From positions 327,628 through 391,627 of the forward strand of contig CAZLUD010000001.1 in NCBI GenBank assembly GCA_964562615.1: 64,000 nucleotides of DNA. The letters run 5' to 3'. Each line of letters begins with the position of its first letter. The first letter of the stretch is position 1. Positions 62,636-64,000 of this stretch are shown piece by piece. The stretch comes from an uncultured Candidatus Saccharibacteria bacterium. Lineage in GTDB: Bacteria; Patescibacteriota; Minisyncoccia; Phycocordibacterales; UBA12088. The notes under the pieces are model-generated. The model saw only the letters and a program-made list of their open reading frames with translations. It was not told where the DNA came from and did not search any database. Made by a program: the position numbers and the translations under genes.

Positions 62636-63588
62636 TACCGTATTCTGTCTACCACCACACCTGATGGATCAATAAGATCTATAACGTCATGCTCGTTATT
62701 CCAAAGCTCTTTGGTGAGTCCAAAAAACAGACGCCACTCTGGTCTAAAAAATCCACGCACTTCACTAAATCTATCAACGCATCCAGCATAGGTAAGCTCG
62801 TTTTGTATAAAAGTGACACACTCAGAAGAGAAGGTTTTTGGTAGTTCTTCTAGCACCATCTCGCACCGAGGTATGCGTGATATGTATTCAGTGCAGGATT
62901 CACCAAGACCGTCAGAGAGCTTTTTCATATCAAAGGTTTCGCTTGGGAGTGGGCAGTAATGATAGAGGCGGGGGAAGTAGTCTTGAAATTGATCAAAGTA
63001 CCCAGTACATCCGTTTACCCTAAAGGATGATCCGATAGGAGATTCACCAGTAGTTAGGTATACCCGTTCTCCAGGGGCAAGATATACCGGCGCTTCTTCG
63101 TTAATGCGTGAAGTGTACGCTATTCTTGCTGCCTCAGGAATAATAGCCTCAGCTCCACTGTTGTTGCTTCGTATTTTCCACCCACTTATATTAACGGACT
63201 CTGTCGCATCGGGAGCCACTTCAAGCACGAGGTACTCTTTTTTAGTCTCAGAATATTGTGTCCCGGTTGGGCCATCAACAAAGCGAACTTTGTTCCATAA
63301 TGGAGAAGTACTTTTGAACGAGCTATCTCTTCCTATAGAAAAAGAAATACCAAGATTGTCGGTAAAGCCATCGCCATAATATTCTTGTCCTTCTGTCCTT
63401 CCTGTAAAGAGCTCGCCTATTGTATTTGGGTCAGTTTCTCCAGAAAAAGTACCAGTCTGATTAGGGGCGGTGATAAAGGGGCGCTTTGATTGTTCGCGCG
63501 AAGGTCCTCCCATAGATACCCATACAAAAAAGAGCACAATAAAAATGCCTATCACGAAAAAGAGATCTTTTTTTGCATCGCCATCCAT
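62632..63588 (-). CDS. Hypothetical membrane-anchored or secreted protein (318 aa).
   Basis: N-terminal transmembrane segment (LFFVIGIFIVLFFVWVSM). Several Cys residues in the C-terminal half. Confidence 0.35.
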   Translation of the reverse strand: MDGDAKKDLFFVIGIFIVLFFVWVSMGGPSREQSKRPFITAPNQTGTFSGETDPNTIGELFTGRTEGQEYYGDGFTDNLGISFSIGRDSSFKSTSPLWNKVRFVDGPTGTQYSETKKEYLVLEVAPDATESVNISGWKIRSNNSGAEAIIPEAARIAYTSRINEEAPVYLAPGERVYLTTGESPIGSSFRVNGCTGYFDQFQDYFPRLYHYCPLPSETFDMKKLSDGLGESCTEYISRIPRCEMVLEELPKTFSSECVTFIQNELTYAGCVDRFSEVRGFFRPEWRLFFGLTKELWNNEHDVIDLIDPSGVVVDRIRY

Positions 63589-63597
63589 ACTGCTATC

Positions 63598-63960
63598 CTA
63601 CGCTTTAGAGGATGTATTGTGAAGCACTTCAATTTCTTCTGCGGCAACAGCGCTATCACTCCAAGGAGTTTTTTTACCTCCCGCTTCCATTATATAAGGA
63701 TCAGTACCTTTACCGGTAATAAGTACTACATCCTTTTCTTTTGCGAGGTGTAACGCTTCACGTATTGCATGTCGTCTATCAAGAATTATTTTTGGCGTGA
63801 TGGTAGTAAAGCCAGGAAGCATGTCTTGTAGTATTTGCTTTGGGTCCTCGTCATAGGGATCCTCATTGGTGAGGATTGCAACATCACAATAGGTATCAGC
63901 AACCTTTGCCATGAGTGGGCGCTTCCACTTGTCACGGCCACCACCACAGCTCCCAAGCAC
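63598..63960 (-). CDS. C-terminal domain of a Mur ligase (MurE/MurF-type). The gene is partial within the window and probably continues upstream beyond 64000.
   Basis: Pattern GG.RDK.KRPLMAK.A...CDVAILTNEDP..EDP..I and VVLITGKGTDPYI...G...PWSD, typical of the Mur ligase C-terminal domain. Confidence 0.5.
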   Translation of the reverse strand: MLGSCGGGRDKWKRPLMAKVADTYCDVAILTNEDPYDEDPKQILQDMLPGFTTITPKIILDRRHAIREALHLAKEKDVVLITGKGTDPYIMEAGGKKTPWSDSAVAAEEIEVLHNTSSKA

Positions 63961-64000
63961 GCATATTTTTCTTTTTGTTTTAAATGCAGCATAGAGCTTT

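Overview
This 64 kb window reads as chromosomal DNA from a small-genome bacterium, likely a Patescibacteria/CPR organism (Saccharibacteria-like); the taxonomic call is an inference from gene content, not from a database search. It spans the replication origin: rpmH-rnpA-yidC-jag on the minus strand faces dnaA-(DnaA-box cluster)-dnaN-DUF721 on the plus strand at ~46.5-50 kb. Housekeeping genes surround it: rpsO-NYN-pnp, pcrA/uvrD, rsmA, comM/yifB, ruvC-yebC-ruvB, polA, tsaE, a PBP1A, a CCA-adding enzyme, exonuclease III and xerC/D. A ~12 kb type IV secretion-like cluster lies at ~33.1-45.2 kb (VirB6/TrbL-like, PrgI/VirB3-like, VirB4 ATPase, a pilin-like protein, and several secreted or membrane proteins). 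It is preceded by four signal-peptide proteins. Two of these share a near-identical 367-nt N-terminal module fused to different carbohydrate-active C-terminal domains (a right-handed beta-helix and a GH16 domain). Five tRNA genes are present, all on the minus strand: Gly-TCC, Pro-TGG, Gly-GCC, Arg-TCG and Lys-TTT. The most unusual signal in the window is at four of these loci. Each has, about 40-50 nt downstream of the tRNA, a ~100-150 nt element bounded by an inverted copy and a direct copy of the tRNA's own 3' end (T-arm plus acceptor strand, 17-19 nt). The Gly-GCC and Lys-TTT elements have homologous cores, and there is an associated tandem 115-bp repeat array near the Gly-GCC locus. A recurring motif (rc CGCACCACAAAGAGTACTTCCATTTT) looks like a CCA-bearing tRNA 3' end plus the native trailer. 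Two adjacent minus-strand units at ~3.6-4.8 kb each pair a GC-rich, hairpin-dense leader with a small ORF; one of them is a ~250 nt GC-rich island unlike the rest of the window. All calls rest on motif recognition in the translated ORFs and on direct inspection of the nucleotide sequence. No database searches were possible.
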